From Candidatus Moraniibacteriota bacterium (GTDB taxonomy: Bacteria > Patescibacteriota > Minisyncoccia > Moranbacterales > GWC2-37-73), in the NCBI GenBank assembly GCA_035390125.1, contig DAOOTD010000002.1, forward strand, positions 105,908 to 169,907: 64,000 nucleotides of DNA, read 5' to 3'. Under the pieces are notes generated by a model. The model ran no database searches. It saw only the letters and a list, made by a program, of their open reading frames with translations, and was not told the DNA's origin. The stretch's first letter is position 1; each line of letters opens with the position of its first letter. The position numbers and the translations under genes are program-made. Below are positions 1 to 8,934 of this stretch, in pieces.

Positions 1-189
1 AAAACCGAGATGGTCATTATCCGGAACAAGCAATACTCTGGCAAATGCGCAGAGCAGTGTGCGAATTTCGCCGAAGGCAAATGCAATTCTTGCCTCGGTC
101 GTCGCACGAAAGACTTGACCAATGAGAACTTGTTGGCCAAGGGTGCAGTTGAAACAATCGGTTGCTGGAACTTTCGCAAGAAAGTCTAG
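1..189 (+). CDS. Small Cys-rich protein, possibly 5'-truncated (or starting at ATG 10)
   Basis: Frame 1 is open from base 1 to TAG 187-189: KTEMVIIRNKQYSGKCAEQCANFAEGKCNSCLGRRTKDLTNENLLAKGAVETIGCWNFRKKV. A terminator follows. Not in the ORF track. Confidence 0.55.
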   Translation, partial: KTEMVIIRNKQYSGKCAEQCANFAEGKCNSCLGRRTKDLTNENLLAKGAVETIGCWNFRKKV

Positions 190-199
190 CAGCTGACAT

Positions 200-231
200 A
201 GGGCAGAGCGATAAAATCATTCTGCCCTTTT
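200..231. terminator. Intrinsic terminator between the Cys-rich ORF and convergent nfo
   Basis: AGGGCAGA...TCTGCCCT stem followed by a T tract. Confidence 0.7.
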
Positions 232-253
232 CTTATATAAAAATTTTTTTATT

Positions 254-1075
254 TTATCCCCGAAGTTTTTTGATAAGTTCAATATCTTCTTTGACTTTTT
301 CATGTTCTGTTTCCAGAATCATGTCGATATTTTTTTCTTGAGCGAGCTTTACTATTTTTTGAAAAATTTCTGCGCCGATTTTTCCTTGGCCGATGTGTTC
401 GTGGCGATCTTTTTTAGAATTAAATTCTGTTATAGAATCATTGGCGTGGATAAGTTTGATATTTTCAAGTCCTATTTCAGTATTGATTTTTTTAATAGTG
501 TTTTCAAAATTATGCCAATCATAGCCGGACGCAAAAGAATGCTGTGTGTCGAGACATATGCCAACCAGTTTTGAATGATTTACTTTTTTAATTATTTTTG
601 CAATTTCTAAAAAAGAATCACCAATTATCTTTCCGGCACCAGCACTATTTTCAATTAAAAGTTTTGCAGATCCAGTATAGCCGTCCAAAGTTTTTTTGAG
701 CATTTCAATTATCTTTTCGCTTGCTTCATTTTCAGAAAGTTCGCCAGCGCTGCCTAGATGTGTCATGACATATTTTGCGCCTAAAAGAGAAGCACGCTCA
801 AGTTCATCACGCACAACACTCACGCTGCCATAGCGGATACGGTTATTGGCAGAAGCAAAATTAATATAATATGGAGTATGAACAACAACAGCTTTTAGCT
901 TATAGTTTTTAGCTTTTAACTTAAAGTCGCTGATAATTTCAGAAGTAAGTTTAGGGGCTGGTCCGCCCTGAGGAGAGCGGGTAAAAATCTGCATGGTCTC
1001 ACAGCCAAGATTATGTGCGCGCTCAGGTGCGTTTTGGATTCCGCCTGCAATAGAAACATGACAACCTATGTGCAT
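254..1075 (-). CDS. nfo: Endonuclease IV (AP endonuclease)
   Basis: GCHVSIAGG, HTPYYINFAS, LIENSAG, CLDTQH, HANDS and DRHEHIG motifs. Confidence 0.95.
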   Translation of the reverse strand: MHIGCHVSIAGGIQNAPERAHNLGCETMQIFTRSPQGGPAPKLTSEIISDFKLKAKNYKLKAVVVHTPYYINFASANNRIRYGSVSVVRDELERASLLGAKYVMTHLGSAGELSENEASEKIIEMLKKTLDGYTGSAKLLIENSAGAGKIIGDSFLEIAKIIKKVNHSKLVGICLDTQHSFASGYDWHNFENTIKKINTEIGLENIKLIHANDSITEFNSKKDRHEHIGQGKIGAEIFQKIVKLAQEKNIDMILETEHEKVKEDIELIKKLRG

Positions 1076-1146
1076 AGTATTTAGTAGCTATTTTTTAGTG
1101 TCTTGTATATATACAAAATACCACATACTAAATACAAGATACAATG

Positions 1147-2106
1147 CTAAACTATTTCCCAGCCATTCTCAGTTTCTACAATTTTTCCTTTAATTTCGAA
1201 ACCCGAAGCCAGCTTATGTCCGCCACCGCCAAAAAGATGAGCGATTTCAGAAACATTAATACCTTTATATTCCTCACTTCTGAGGCTGCCTTTTATAATC
1301 CCATCTTCTCGTTCTGAAAGAACCAGAGATAATTTTGTTCCTGGAACAGTATTTAAAATAGAAGCTACTTGCCCAATGTCTTCAGTTGTGGCATTGCATG
1401 ATTCAATATCTTCTTTTGTCAAAACAGTAGTTATAAGCCCATTGGCCGGATTTATTTTTGCTTTTTCAAAAGCACGTCCCCATAATTTTAAAGTGGATAA
1501 TTTTTTGTTGGCAAAAGTAGCTTTAATGATTTTCGGTACGGAAGCTCCTTTTTTTAATAAATCAGCGGAAATTTCCATGACTCGACTAGTTGTATTTGAA
1601 TGTTGAAAGTTACCCGTATCTGATAGGATCCCTACCATAAGAAAGGTGGCAATATTTTTTGAAATAATGATATTTTGGGAAATAAAATATTCATAAATTA
1701 TTTCGCAGACGGAAGAGCTTTTTGAATCTATAATCACAACATCTGCAGTTAGATTGATATCTGGATGGTGGTCTATTATAACTGTGACTGTGTTTTCATT
1801 AATTGATGAAAGAACTGATTGAAAACCACGTTCAACACTGTCGCAGCCAATAATAATATCATAAGATTTAAAATCTAGATGTTCAGGGAATTCAAATTTT
1901 TGTTCGGTCAGCATTTCTAGGAAGGAAGGGATAGGATCGAAACAGGCAATATCTGCGGTCTTGTTTAAAGAGGTGATATATTCTTTCATGGCCAAAACAG
2001 AACCCGAAGTATCTCCGTCAGGATTAGTATGCGCGAAAAGAAGAATTTTTTTAGAATTCTTTATTATATAGGAAAGGGTTTTAAATTCTGTGTCTAGGTT
2101 TTTCAT
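1147..2106 (-). CDS. nrnA: DHH/DHHA1 phosphoesterase (nanoRNase/pAp phosphatase)
   Basis: HTNPDGD, IDHH, SDTG and GGGH motifs; downstream of rbfA. Confidence 0.88.
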   Translation of the reverse strand: MKNLDTEFKTLSYIIKNSKKILLFAHTNPDGDTSGSVLAMKEYITSLNKTADIACFDPIPSFLEMLTEQKFEFPEHLDFKSYDIIIGCDSVERGFQSVLSSINENTVTVIIDHHPDINLTADVVIIDSKSSSVCEIIYEYFISQNIIISKNIATFLMVGILSDTGNFQHSNTTSRVMEISADLLKKGASVPKIIKATFANKKLSTLKLWGRAFEKAKINPANGLITTVLTKEDIESCNATTEDIGQVASILNTVPGTKLSLVLSEREDGIIKGSLRSEEYKGINVSEIAHLFGGGGHKLASGFEIKGKIVETENGWEIV

Positions 2107-2188
2107 GGTAATTATGTAGATCCAAGAAATAAAAATCTTAAATCCGGAAGATTTAAGAAGTTATAAAGATACTTTTTGTTTTTTTATT

Positions 2189-2518
2189 CTATAAATTCAT
2201 CAGTATTTTTTCGATTTCATCAGCTTTTTCTTCAGTCGAATCCAAGTGAAAGGTTATTTTAGGAAGAGGACGCATAGCTAATTTTTTATTTAGTAAACCC
2301 TGGATGAAATAAATTTCTTTCGATAGGGTTTTCATTGCATATCCCCCTTCTTTATAGGGAAAAACGCTTACGAACACTTGAGTATATCGAAGATCGGGAG
2401 TTGTGTCAACTTTTGAAATAGTCAAAAAAAGCCCTGGCTTCAGGCTTAATTCTTTTAAGAATATTTCTCCCAAGTGGCGCTTTATAAGTTTGTTTACCTT
2501 TTGAATTCTTTCTGACAT
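2189..2518 (-). CDS. rbfA: Ribosome-binding factor A
   Basis: MSERIQKVNKLI...TPDLRYTQVFVS...RPLPKITFHLD; follows infB. ATG 2518 preferred over TTG 2551. Confidence 0.9.
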   Translation of the reverse strand: MSERIQKVNKLIKRHLGEIFLKELSLKPGLFLTISKVDTTPDLRYTQVFVSVFPYKEGGYAMKTLSKEIYFIQGLLNKKLAMRPLPKITFHLDSTEEKADEIEKILMNL

Positions 2519-2551
2519 ATACCAATATAAATTATATTGCAAAATATCCAA

Positions 2552-4333
2552 CTAAATTGTTCTAGTTTTTTCTTCCTCAGCATAGGCTATCAATGTGTCC
2601 CCTTCTTTTATCTTGATATTCCCCTGAAAAACTATTCCACATTCATTGCCTTTGCCTACCTCATTAGTAACATTTTTATTTTGTTGTAAACCTTCAAGCT
2701 TTCCCTTGCCTATAATTTCACCTTCCCTTTTCACTTCGATCAAAGCTCCCTTGATTATTTTTCCATCATTAACTCTTCCTCCGACAATCATGTCATGTTT
2801 TCCTGTTTTAAAAACAGCTAATATGCTGACTGTACCAATGTCTGTGCGGACTATTTCTGGCGGTAGCATTTCAATAATCATCCTTTTAACCTCTTCTACC
2901 AGCTCATAGATTATTTTAAATGTTTTTATTTTCATGTCATTCATTTCAGCCAAGCGTTTAGCAACGGGAGTTGTTTCAACATTGAAACCAAGCACAAAAG
3001 CCTTAGACGGAGCTCCCATTTTTATGTCTGATTCGGTTATATTTCCAACTCCTGTTTCAATAAGATTTATTTTTATTTCCTCGACTTTTATAGTTGAGAG
3101 AATTTGTTCAATTGCTTCGAGGGAGCCCTGAACGTCTGATTTAATGATCAGGTTTAATTTTTGTTTTTCATCACTTTCTATAATGCGTGTCATTTTTTGC
3201 AAAACATTCTTTTCTTTCTGTCCAATTATTCCTTCTGAAAATTCTTTTGATTTGATGCGCGCAAGAGATTTTCCATCAACAACCTGAAGGACATCGTTGG
3301 TGTTGGGATTGCTATTAAGACCCATTATTGTTACTGGTGTTGATGGAGAAGCACTTGCAAGACTTTTTCCTGTGAAATCTTCCATTTTTCTTATGCGTCC
3401 ATAAGTCGTTCCAGCTGTTACATCTTGACCAACTTTTAATGTTCCTGTCTTGATAAGAACAGTGGCTACAGGTCCTTTCTGGGGGTCAAGGTTAGATTCT
3501 AGCACAATAGCCAATCCATTGCGTTTATCATCCGATTTGAAATCTTCAACTTCAGCTACAAGTAAAATCGAATCAAGCAATTCATCAATCCCTATGTTTT
3601 CTTTTGCACTTACATTTACGCTGATGATATCCCCGCCCCATTGTTCAATGAGAATTCCATTTTCAGCTAATTCCTGTTTTACGCGTTGTGGATTTGCCTC
3701 TGGCTTATCTATTTTATTTATAGCCACAACCGTAGGTATTTTCTTGTCCTTTAAGTATTCAATGACTTCCTTTGTTTGCGGTCTTACTCCATCATCTGCA
3801 GCGACAACTAAAACTGCTATATCCGCGATGCTTACTCCTCTTTCTCTCATTCCAGAAAATGCTTCATGGCCGGGAGTATCCACAAAAGTTATTATTTTGC
3901 CCTTTTTTTTGACCTGGTAAGCACTTATATGCTGAGTAATACCACCCGCTTCCCTGGCTGCAACACTGGCTTTACGAATGGTATCAAGTAGGGTTGTCTT
4001 CCCATGATCTACGTGTCCTAAAATAGTTACGATTGGAGGGCGTGGTCTGAGATTTTTTCCTGACTCCTTTTCTTTTTTGCATATATCTACAAGCTTTTCA
4101 ACATCTATTGCTTTGTTGTCAGAAATTTCTAGGTCAACTTCAGTTTCAAATCCTAGATCCTGAGCAATAATAGTTGCGGTATCGAAATCAATCTCTTCAT
4201 TTATAGTAGCTAGAATTTTATTTTTTAAAAGTTCTGTAATTATTTGAGAAACAGGCAAGTCTAAAAGCTCACTGAACTTTTTAACAGTAATACTTGCTGG
4301 AATCTTTATTATTTTTTTCTCTGATTGTTCCAT
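2552..4333 (-). CDS. infB: Translation initiation factor IF-2 (short N-terminus)
   Basis: RPPIVTILGHVDHGKTTLLD, DTPGH, NKID. Confidence 0.98.
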   Translation of the reverse strand: MEQSEKKIIKIPASITVKKFSELLDLPVSQIITELLKNKILATINEEIDFDTATIIAQDLGFETEVDLEISDNKAIDVEKLVDICKKEKESGKNLRPRPPIVTILGHVDHGKTTLLDTIRKASVAAREAGGITQHISAYQVKKKGKIITFVDTPGHEAFSGMRERGVSIADIAVLVVAADDGVRPQTKEVIEYLKDKKIPTVVAINKIDKPEANPQRVKQELAENGILIEQWGGDIISVNVSAKENIGIDELLDSILLVAEVEDFKSDDKRNGLAIVLESNLDPQKGPVATVLIKTGTLKVGQDVTAGTTYGRIRKMEDFTGKSLASASPSTPVTIMGLNSNPNTNDVLQVVDGKSLARIKSKEFSEGIIGQKEKNVLQKMTRIIESDEKQKLNLIIKSDVQGSLEAIEQILSTIKVEEIKINLIETGVGNITESDIKMGAPSKAFVLGFNVETTPVAKRLAEMNDMKIKTFKIIYELVEEVKRMIIEMLPPEIVRTDIGTVSILAVFKTGKHDMIVGGRVNDGKIIKGALIEVKREGEIIGKGKLEGLQQNKNVTNEVGKGNECGIVFQGNIKIKEGDTLIAYAEEEKTRTI

Positions 4334-4348
4334 TGTTGAATATTAGAC

Positions 4349-4852
4349 TTACATTTTTATAGGTTTTAATGCTGTAGCTGTTTTTATAGCCTGCTTTTCT
4401 TCTTCAGTTAGTTTATACTTTTCTGAATCACCTTTTATTATGGGTTTTGAATAGATACGTGTGCCTTCCCTAGTATGCAGAGAAGAAATTACGATGCCTG
4501 AATTTTTTCCGTCTAACAGGGCTAAAGCGAAACTCTGGTCCCCGCCGATATCCTTGAATGGGTTAAAGCGTATAATTCCAATTTTATGTATGCTTTTTTG
4601 TCCCAAGGCGTATAATTTATTTGAAATTTCAAACAACTCCTGAATTTCTTTGTCTAGTGTGGAAATTTCTTTTGTTTGAGATAATAAAATAGACTCAAGG
4701 TCTTTTGCCTGTTTTCCTGAAAAAAATATTTCGAGATTTTTATTCGTTTTTCTAATTTTGATAAGTGCTATAATAACAAATATTAAGCTTAATAAAGCCA
4801 AAAAAGCTCCGGAAACAGAAATAATAGTTAAAATTTGTGGCGTTAGTATCAT
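4349..4852 (-). CDS. DUF4446-like membrane-anchored protein
   Basis: N-terminal TM helix, coiled coil, RFNPFKDIGGDQSFALALLD. Confidence 0.7.
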   Translation of the reverse strand: MILTPQILTIISVSGAFLALLSLIFVIIALIKIRKTNKNLEIFFSGKQAKDLESILLSQTKEISTLDKEIQELFEISNKLYALGQKSIHKIGIIRFNPFKDIGGDQSFALALLDGKNSGIVISSLHTREGTRIYSKPIIKGDSEKYKLTEEEKQAIKTATALKPIKM

Positions 4853-4909
4853 AAAAGCTTCATATAAGATACATGGCTTATTTTAGCATCTGTTTTGCTG
4901 GATGTAAAG

Positions 4910-4946
4910 AAAAAATGAGAGGGATAACCTTTGTGATTATCCCTCT
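4910..4946 (-). terminator. Intrinsic terminator
   Basis: AGAGGGATAA/TTATCCCTCT 10-bp stem (4918-4946) with a T tract on the minus strand. Confidence 0.75.
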
Positions 4947-4959
4947 AAATTTTTCTGCG

Positions 4960-5093
4960 TATCGTTACAGCCAAGGGGATTTAGCCCTTGGGAATGCATG
5001 TATAATGCACTCTAGATAAGAATATTTTCAAAGAGAAAAAATCTTATCTTAGATTTGGAGATCACCCCCTTTCATGCCAATTCTGTAACAATA
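4960..5093 (-). ncRNA. Candidate multibranched structured RNA
   Basis: 11-bp closing stem (5083-5093 with 4960-4970) encloses 3-4 hairpins; lies between a promoter and a terminator. Confidence 0.5.
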
Positions 5094-5124
5094 AGAAGGA
5101 ACTAAAAATTAAAAAATTTTTCAT
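5062..5124 (-). CDS. Candidate 20-aa hydrophobic peptide MKNFLIFSSFLLLQNWHERG
   Basis: AGGAGGT SD (5131-5137) 6 nt before ATG. Confidence 0.4.
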   Translation of the reverse strand: MKNFLIFSSFLLLQNWHERG

Positions 5125-5318
5125 AATAGTACCTCCTACTCAGTAATAACAAATCATTTTCCAGCAGTTCTTGTTTGTGCGAATTATTACCATTGTATAC
5201 CGCACATTAATTTTGTTCCGCATTCTCCCCCGGAAATGGGGATGATGTCTATCGTAATAATTTTGAATATTGCATTTCCTCCTTTCGAAAAATTTTTTAA
5301 TAACAATTTCTTTATTCT

Positions 5319-5347
5319 ATTTTATATTTTTCAAGAAATACTGTCAA
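5319..5347 (-). promoter_or_regulatory. Sigma70-type promoter
   Basis: TTGACA-N17-TAAAAT. Confidence 0.65.
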
Positions 5348-5446
5348 AATTTTTTATAAAAGCAGGCACTAAAAGCCTATTTCTATAAGTATCTGCAAAT
5401 ATCTTATGTAATAGAGGATTCTCGTTCTATGCTAGACTATGAAAAT

Positions 5447-5537
5447 TGGCGGAAGAGGTGAGATTCGAACTCACGAGAGCATTTCTGCTCCGCGGCTTTT
5501 CGAGAGCCGTGCCTTCAGCCAACTCGGCCACTCTTCC
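5447..5537 (-). tRNA. tRNA-Ser(CGA)
   Basis: GGAAGAG/CTCTTCC acceptor stem, anticodon loop CT-CGA-AA, long variable arm, GTTCGAATC T loop, GCCA end. Confidence 0.96.
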
Positions 5538-5713
5538 TAATTTATTCGCTTTTTGAAATTTATTGCGGAGTATGCTTCTGGGGAAATAGCTTTCTCGCCA
5601 CATTTCAAATGCAGCTCATTGAGCTAATCCAGAAACTATGCCAGTTAGCGTATACATTTTGTCATTTTTTGTTTTTGTTGTAAACTATATATATAAAAAA
5701 AGATATAAAAAAT

Positions 5714-6268
5714 ATGGAATATAATAAAAATGAGTTAGGAAAATTTCTTGATCCTGGTGCGATTGTAAAACAGTTAGAAATAAAACGGGGCAGTATAGTA
5801 GCTGACTTTGGATGTGGTCCTGGATATTTTTCAATACCCTTTGCAAAAATAATAGGAGAAGATGGAAAAGTTTATGCGTTGGATGTTCTGCCTCAAGCAT
5901 TGGAGGCTGTTGCGGCTAAGGCGAAAAATTACGGAATTAACAATATTATAACCAGTCGCGTTAACCTGGAAAAAGAAAACGGATCGAAAATGGAAGCTAA
6001 TTCTCTAGATTGGGTTATTTTGAAAGATATGTTATTTCAAAATCAAAAAAAGGATATAATTATAAAAGAAGCATACAGAGTTCTTAAAAATAATGGTCAA
6101 ATAATGGTGGTTGAATGGAACCAGAATGACTCAACTGTTGGTCCTGAATCTGAATTAAGGATTGCTGAAAATGATTTGAAAAAAATGTTTTCAGATCATG
6201 GATTTTTAATAGGCAAAAACATTAATGCGGGAGATTTTCATTATGCATTTGTTGCAATAAAAAAATAA
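5714..6268 (+). CDS. Class I SAM-dependent methyltransferase
   Basis: VADFGCGPG motif I, VYALDV. Confidence 0.9.
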   Translation: MEYNKNELGKFLDPGAIVKQLEIKRGSIVADFGCGPGYFSIPFAKIIGEDGKVYALDVLPQALEAVAAKAKNYGINNIITSRVNLEKENGSKMEANSLDWVILKDMLFQNQKKDIIIKEAYRVLKNNGQIMVVEWNQNDSTVGPESELRIAENDLKKMFSDHGFLIGKNINAGDFHYAFVAIKK

Positions 6269-6313
6269 TTTATTTCCGGGTATTTATATAAGAAAATTTA
6301 ATGAATTACAAAT

Positions 6314-7762
6314 ATGGAAATAATAAAAAAATACAAAAAAAATAAAATGAAAATAGTAATGGCTTTTCTTTCTTTTGCTATGATACCATTTTTTTCCGGC
6401 TGCGGGAGTTCTTCGTCAGCCGGATATCTAGTTCCACTTGAAATATGGGGACCACTCGATGATTCATTGGTATATAGTGATATTGTAGACCAATATAAAA
6501 AAATAAATCCATATGCCGGTGAAATAAAATATAAAAAATTTAGCCAAGATACCTATAGAGACGAACTTATTGATGCACTTGCCAGCGGGCAAGGCCCCGA
6601 TATATTCATGATAAACAACTCATGGTTTCCGTATTTTGAGAATAAAACATACCCTGCGCCAGCGCATCTTGTTAGTGAAATTGATGTGCAAAACAATTTT
6701 CCCGATGTCGTTTCCTCGGATTTTGTAAGTAACAAGAAAGTATATGCAGTTCCGCTAAGCATAGATTCTCTGCAGATGTATTATAATAAGGATATGTTTA
6801 ATGCAGCAGGTATTTCTTATCCGCCTAGAACTTGGGATGAATTTAAAGAAGATGTTCGTATTCTTGTATCAATAGACAATAGCGGAAACATAGTCAGATC
6901 GGGAGCGGCAATTGGAACCGCTAAGAATGTAAACAGATTTTCAGATATTTTCAGTATGTTGCTATTACAGAATGGGGTCAAAATGCCCATGAAAAATGGT
7001 GATGCAATAAATTTTGATGAAGGAATAGTTGGGCCTGATGGAAAAGTTATAAAAGCAGGAGAAAAATCACTAGAAATGTATACACAATTTGCAAGAATAA
7101 ATAATCCTGACGGTACAACAAATCCTTTTTATACATGGAATTCACAGCAGGATAATTCGATAGAAGCATTCGCTTCTGGATCAACAGCCATGATGCTTAA
7201 CTACTCATGGCAGAATGACGGAATCAAGAATAAAAATTCCAAATTGAACTACTCGATAGCTCCTGTTCCGCAGGTAGATCCAAACAAGCCCATTACAATA
7301 GCAAATTACTGGGGATATGCAGTTTCTTTGAATAAAATACCTACCAATACATCTAGAAATAGTGCGCAAAAAACAGCAGTTGTTTCTAATGATGTGCGCG
7401 CTCATGAAGCATGGCAATTCTTGAAATTTTTGACTCTAAAAAATTCAGGTAAAGTTACGCTCTATAATGCAAACACAAAAAACAGCAAAGACTTCGCAGT
7501 AAATTTTGATCCAGCAAATAATTATCTGGAGAGAACTAAAAAACCTGCCGCGCGTCGTGATATAATTGAATCACAAAAAGCAGATGCGTTGCTTGGAACT
7601 TTTGCAACCGGAAACCTTATAGCAAAAAATTGGTACAAAAAAGACGCAAATGCTGTAGAATCGGTTTTTTTGGAGATGATAAATTCAGTTAACAGCGGCA
7701 AGGCTCTGGATGAAAGTTTATCCATAGCGAAGAATAGAATAAATCAAATGCCAATCAATTAA
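6314..7762 (+). CDS. Extracellular solute-binding lipoprotein (ABC sugar-binding family)
   Basis: Lipobox FSGC, ALASGQGPDIF, YAVPLSIDSLQMYYNKDMF, PPRTWDEF. Confidence 0.85.
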   Translation: MEIIKKYKKNKMKIVMAFLSFAMIPFFSGCGSSSSAGYLVPLEIWGPLDDSLVYSDIVDQYKKINPYAGEIKYKKFSQDTYRDELIDALASGQGPDIFMINNSWFPYFENKTYPAPAHLVSEIDVQNNFPDVVSSDFVSNKKVYAVPLSIDSLQMYYNKDMFNAAGISYPPRTWDEFKEDVRILVSIDNSGNIVRSGAAIGTAKNVNRFSDIFSMLLLQNGVKMPMKNGDAINFDEGIVGPDGKVIKAGEKSLEMYTQFARINNPDGTTNPFYTWNSQQDNSIEAFASGSTAMMLNYSWQNDGIKNKNSKLNYSIAPVPQVDPNKPITIANYWGYAVSLNKIPTNTSRNSAQKTAVVSNDVRAHEAWQFLKFLTLKNSGKVTLYNANTKNSKDFAVNFDPANNYLERTKKPAARRDIIESQKADALLGTFATGNLIAKNWYKKDANAVESVFLEMINSVNSGKALDESLSIAKNRINQMPIN

Positions 7763-7767
7763 TTTTT

Positions 7768-8211
7768 ATGATCAGAAATAAAACAAAAACTATGGGTAAA
7801 ATATTATTTATTTGCATAACTTTTGTTTTTGCACTTTTTCTTTTGTTTTCACCTGTTGCACATGCAGCTATTATTACTTGCGGAGCAACCTCAGATGACA
7901 TGTGCACTTTGTGTGATATGGTTGCAGGATTCAATACTATTATCCAGTATCTAATGAAAATTTCAATCGGTGTTGCGCTGCTGGCCATATCCATAGGAGG
8001 GATTTTGTATGTTGTTTCTGCCGGTGAACCTGGAGCTGTTGAAACGGCAAAAAAAGCAATCAAAAACGGAATCATCGGATTTGTTATTGTTTTTTCAGCC
8101 TTTATTATAATCGGTACAGTGATAAGTTATTTAGGAGTACAGGAAGGAATGGGAATACGTTCAGGAGTAACCTGGGGGACATTTGACTGTACAGCAGCAG
8201 GTGTTCGATAG
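7768..8211 (+). CDS. TrbC/VirB2-like pilin
   Basis: Signal peptide AHA, CTLCD, GGILYVVSAGE...AKKAIKNGIIG. Confidence 0.8.
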   Translation: MIRNKTKTMGKILFICITFVFALFLLFSPVAHAAIITCGATSDDMCTLCDMVAGFNTIIQYLMKISIGVALLAISIGGILYVVSAGEPGAVETAKKAIKNGIIGFVIVFSAFIIIGTVISYLGVQEGMGIRSGVTWGTFDCTAAGVR

Positions 8212-8263
8212 TAAACCAAAAAGTAATTTATCGTTAGATTTTATTAATAATTTTTTTAAAAAA

Positions 8264-8896
8264 ATGATAAAATTTAAAAAAAATAAACTATTTTTAATGG
8301 CCGTTTTTGTTTTTTTGGCAATGATTTTTTTAAACCCCGTTAACGTATTTGCAGAAGATGCGGTAGTGAACTTTACTAACCCTCTAGGAGATATTACTAC
8401 TCTAGAAGGACTTGTATCTAATTTACTGTCAGCCGTTCAAAAAATAATAGTCTCATTGGCTTTGGTTTTTATTGTGGTGGGTGCGATAATGGTCCTTGTT
8501 TCAGCGGGAAGTCCGGAAACTGTGGAAAAAGGGAAAAAAGCTATTACTATGGCAATAGTAGGTCTCACAATTGGAATTGCAGCCCCATCGATATTAAAAG
8601 AAATCGCGAATGCTGTCGGTTGGAATTGTCCTGAAGGAGCTACAGATTGTGGAACTCTTACTGATGCACTTAATTTTTCCGATATTGCACTAAATGTTCT
8701 TAGTTTTCTTTTAGGTATAGCGGGAATACTAGCCATGATAATGCTGGTCATTGGAGGTATCATGTATTTGACTTCTGCTGGAGATGAAGAAAGAGTAGAG
8801 CAGGGCAAGAAAACATTCAAGTATTCCGTAATCGGAATCATAGTCATTATGAGTTCCATGATAATAGTAAGACAAATTGCTAATCTTTTTTTATAA
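8264..8896 (+). CDS. VirB2-like pilin with two tandem pilin domains
   Basis: Two copies of the motif: GAIMVLVSAGSPETVEKGKKAI and GGIMYLTSAGDEERVEQGKKTF. ATG 8264 preferred. Confidence 0.8.
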   Translation: MIKFKKNKLFLMAVFVFLAMIFLNPVNVFAEDAVVNFTNPLGDITTLEGLVSNLLSAVQKIIVSLALVFIVVGAIMVLVSAGSPETVEKGKKAITMAIVGLTIGIAAPSILKEIANAVGWNCPEGATDCGTLTDALNFSDIALNVLSFLLGIAGILAMIMLVIGGIMYLTSAGDEERVEQGKKTFKYSVIGIIVIMSSMIIVRQIANLFL

Positions 8897-8934
8897 TCAA
8901 ATTACGCCCTTAAAAAATAAAAAAGAAAAATAAA

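Noticed and set aside
17-220. Minus-strand 67-aa ORF from the track
   Set aside because: It starts inside the terminator hairpin; the plus-strand frame 1-189 ending just before that terminator is the better call
2552-4333. Unusually short IF-2
   Set aside because: The variable N-terminus is often reduced in small genomes, and the G and C domains are complete
5560-5713. Possible SAM riboswitch upstream of the methyltransferase
   Set aside because: No recognisable SAM-I/II core sequence, and G-U pairing favours the minus strand
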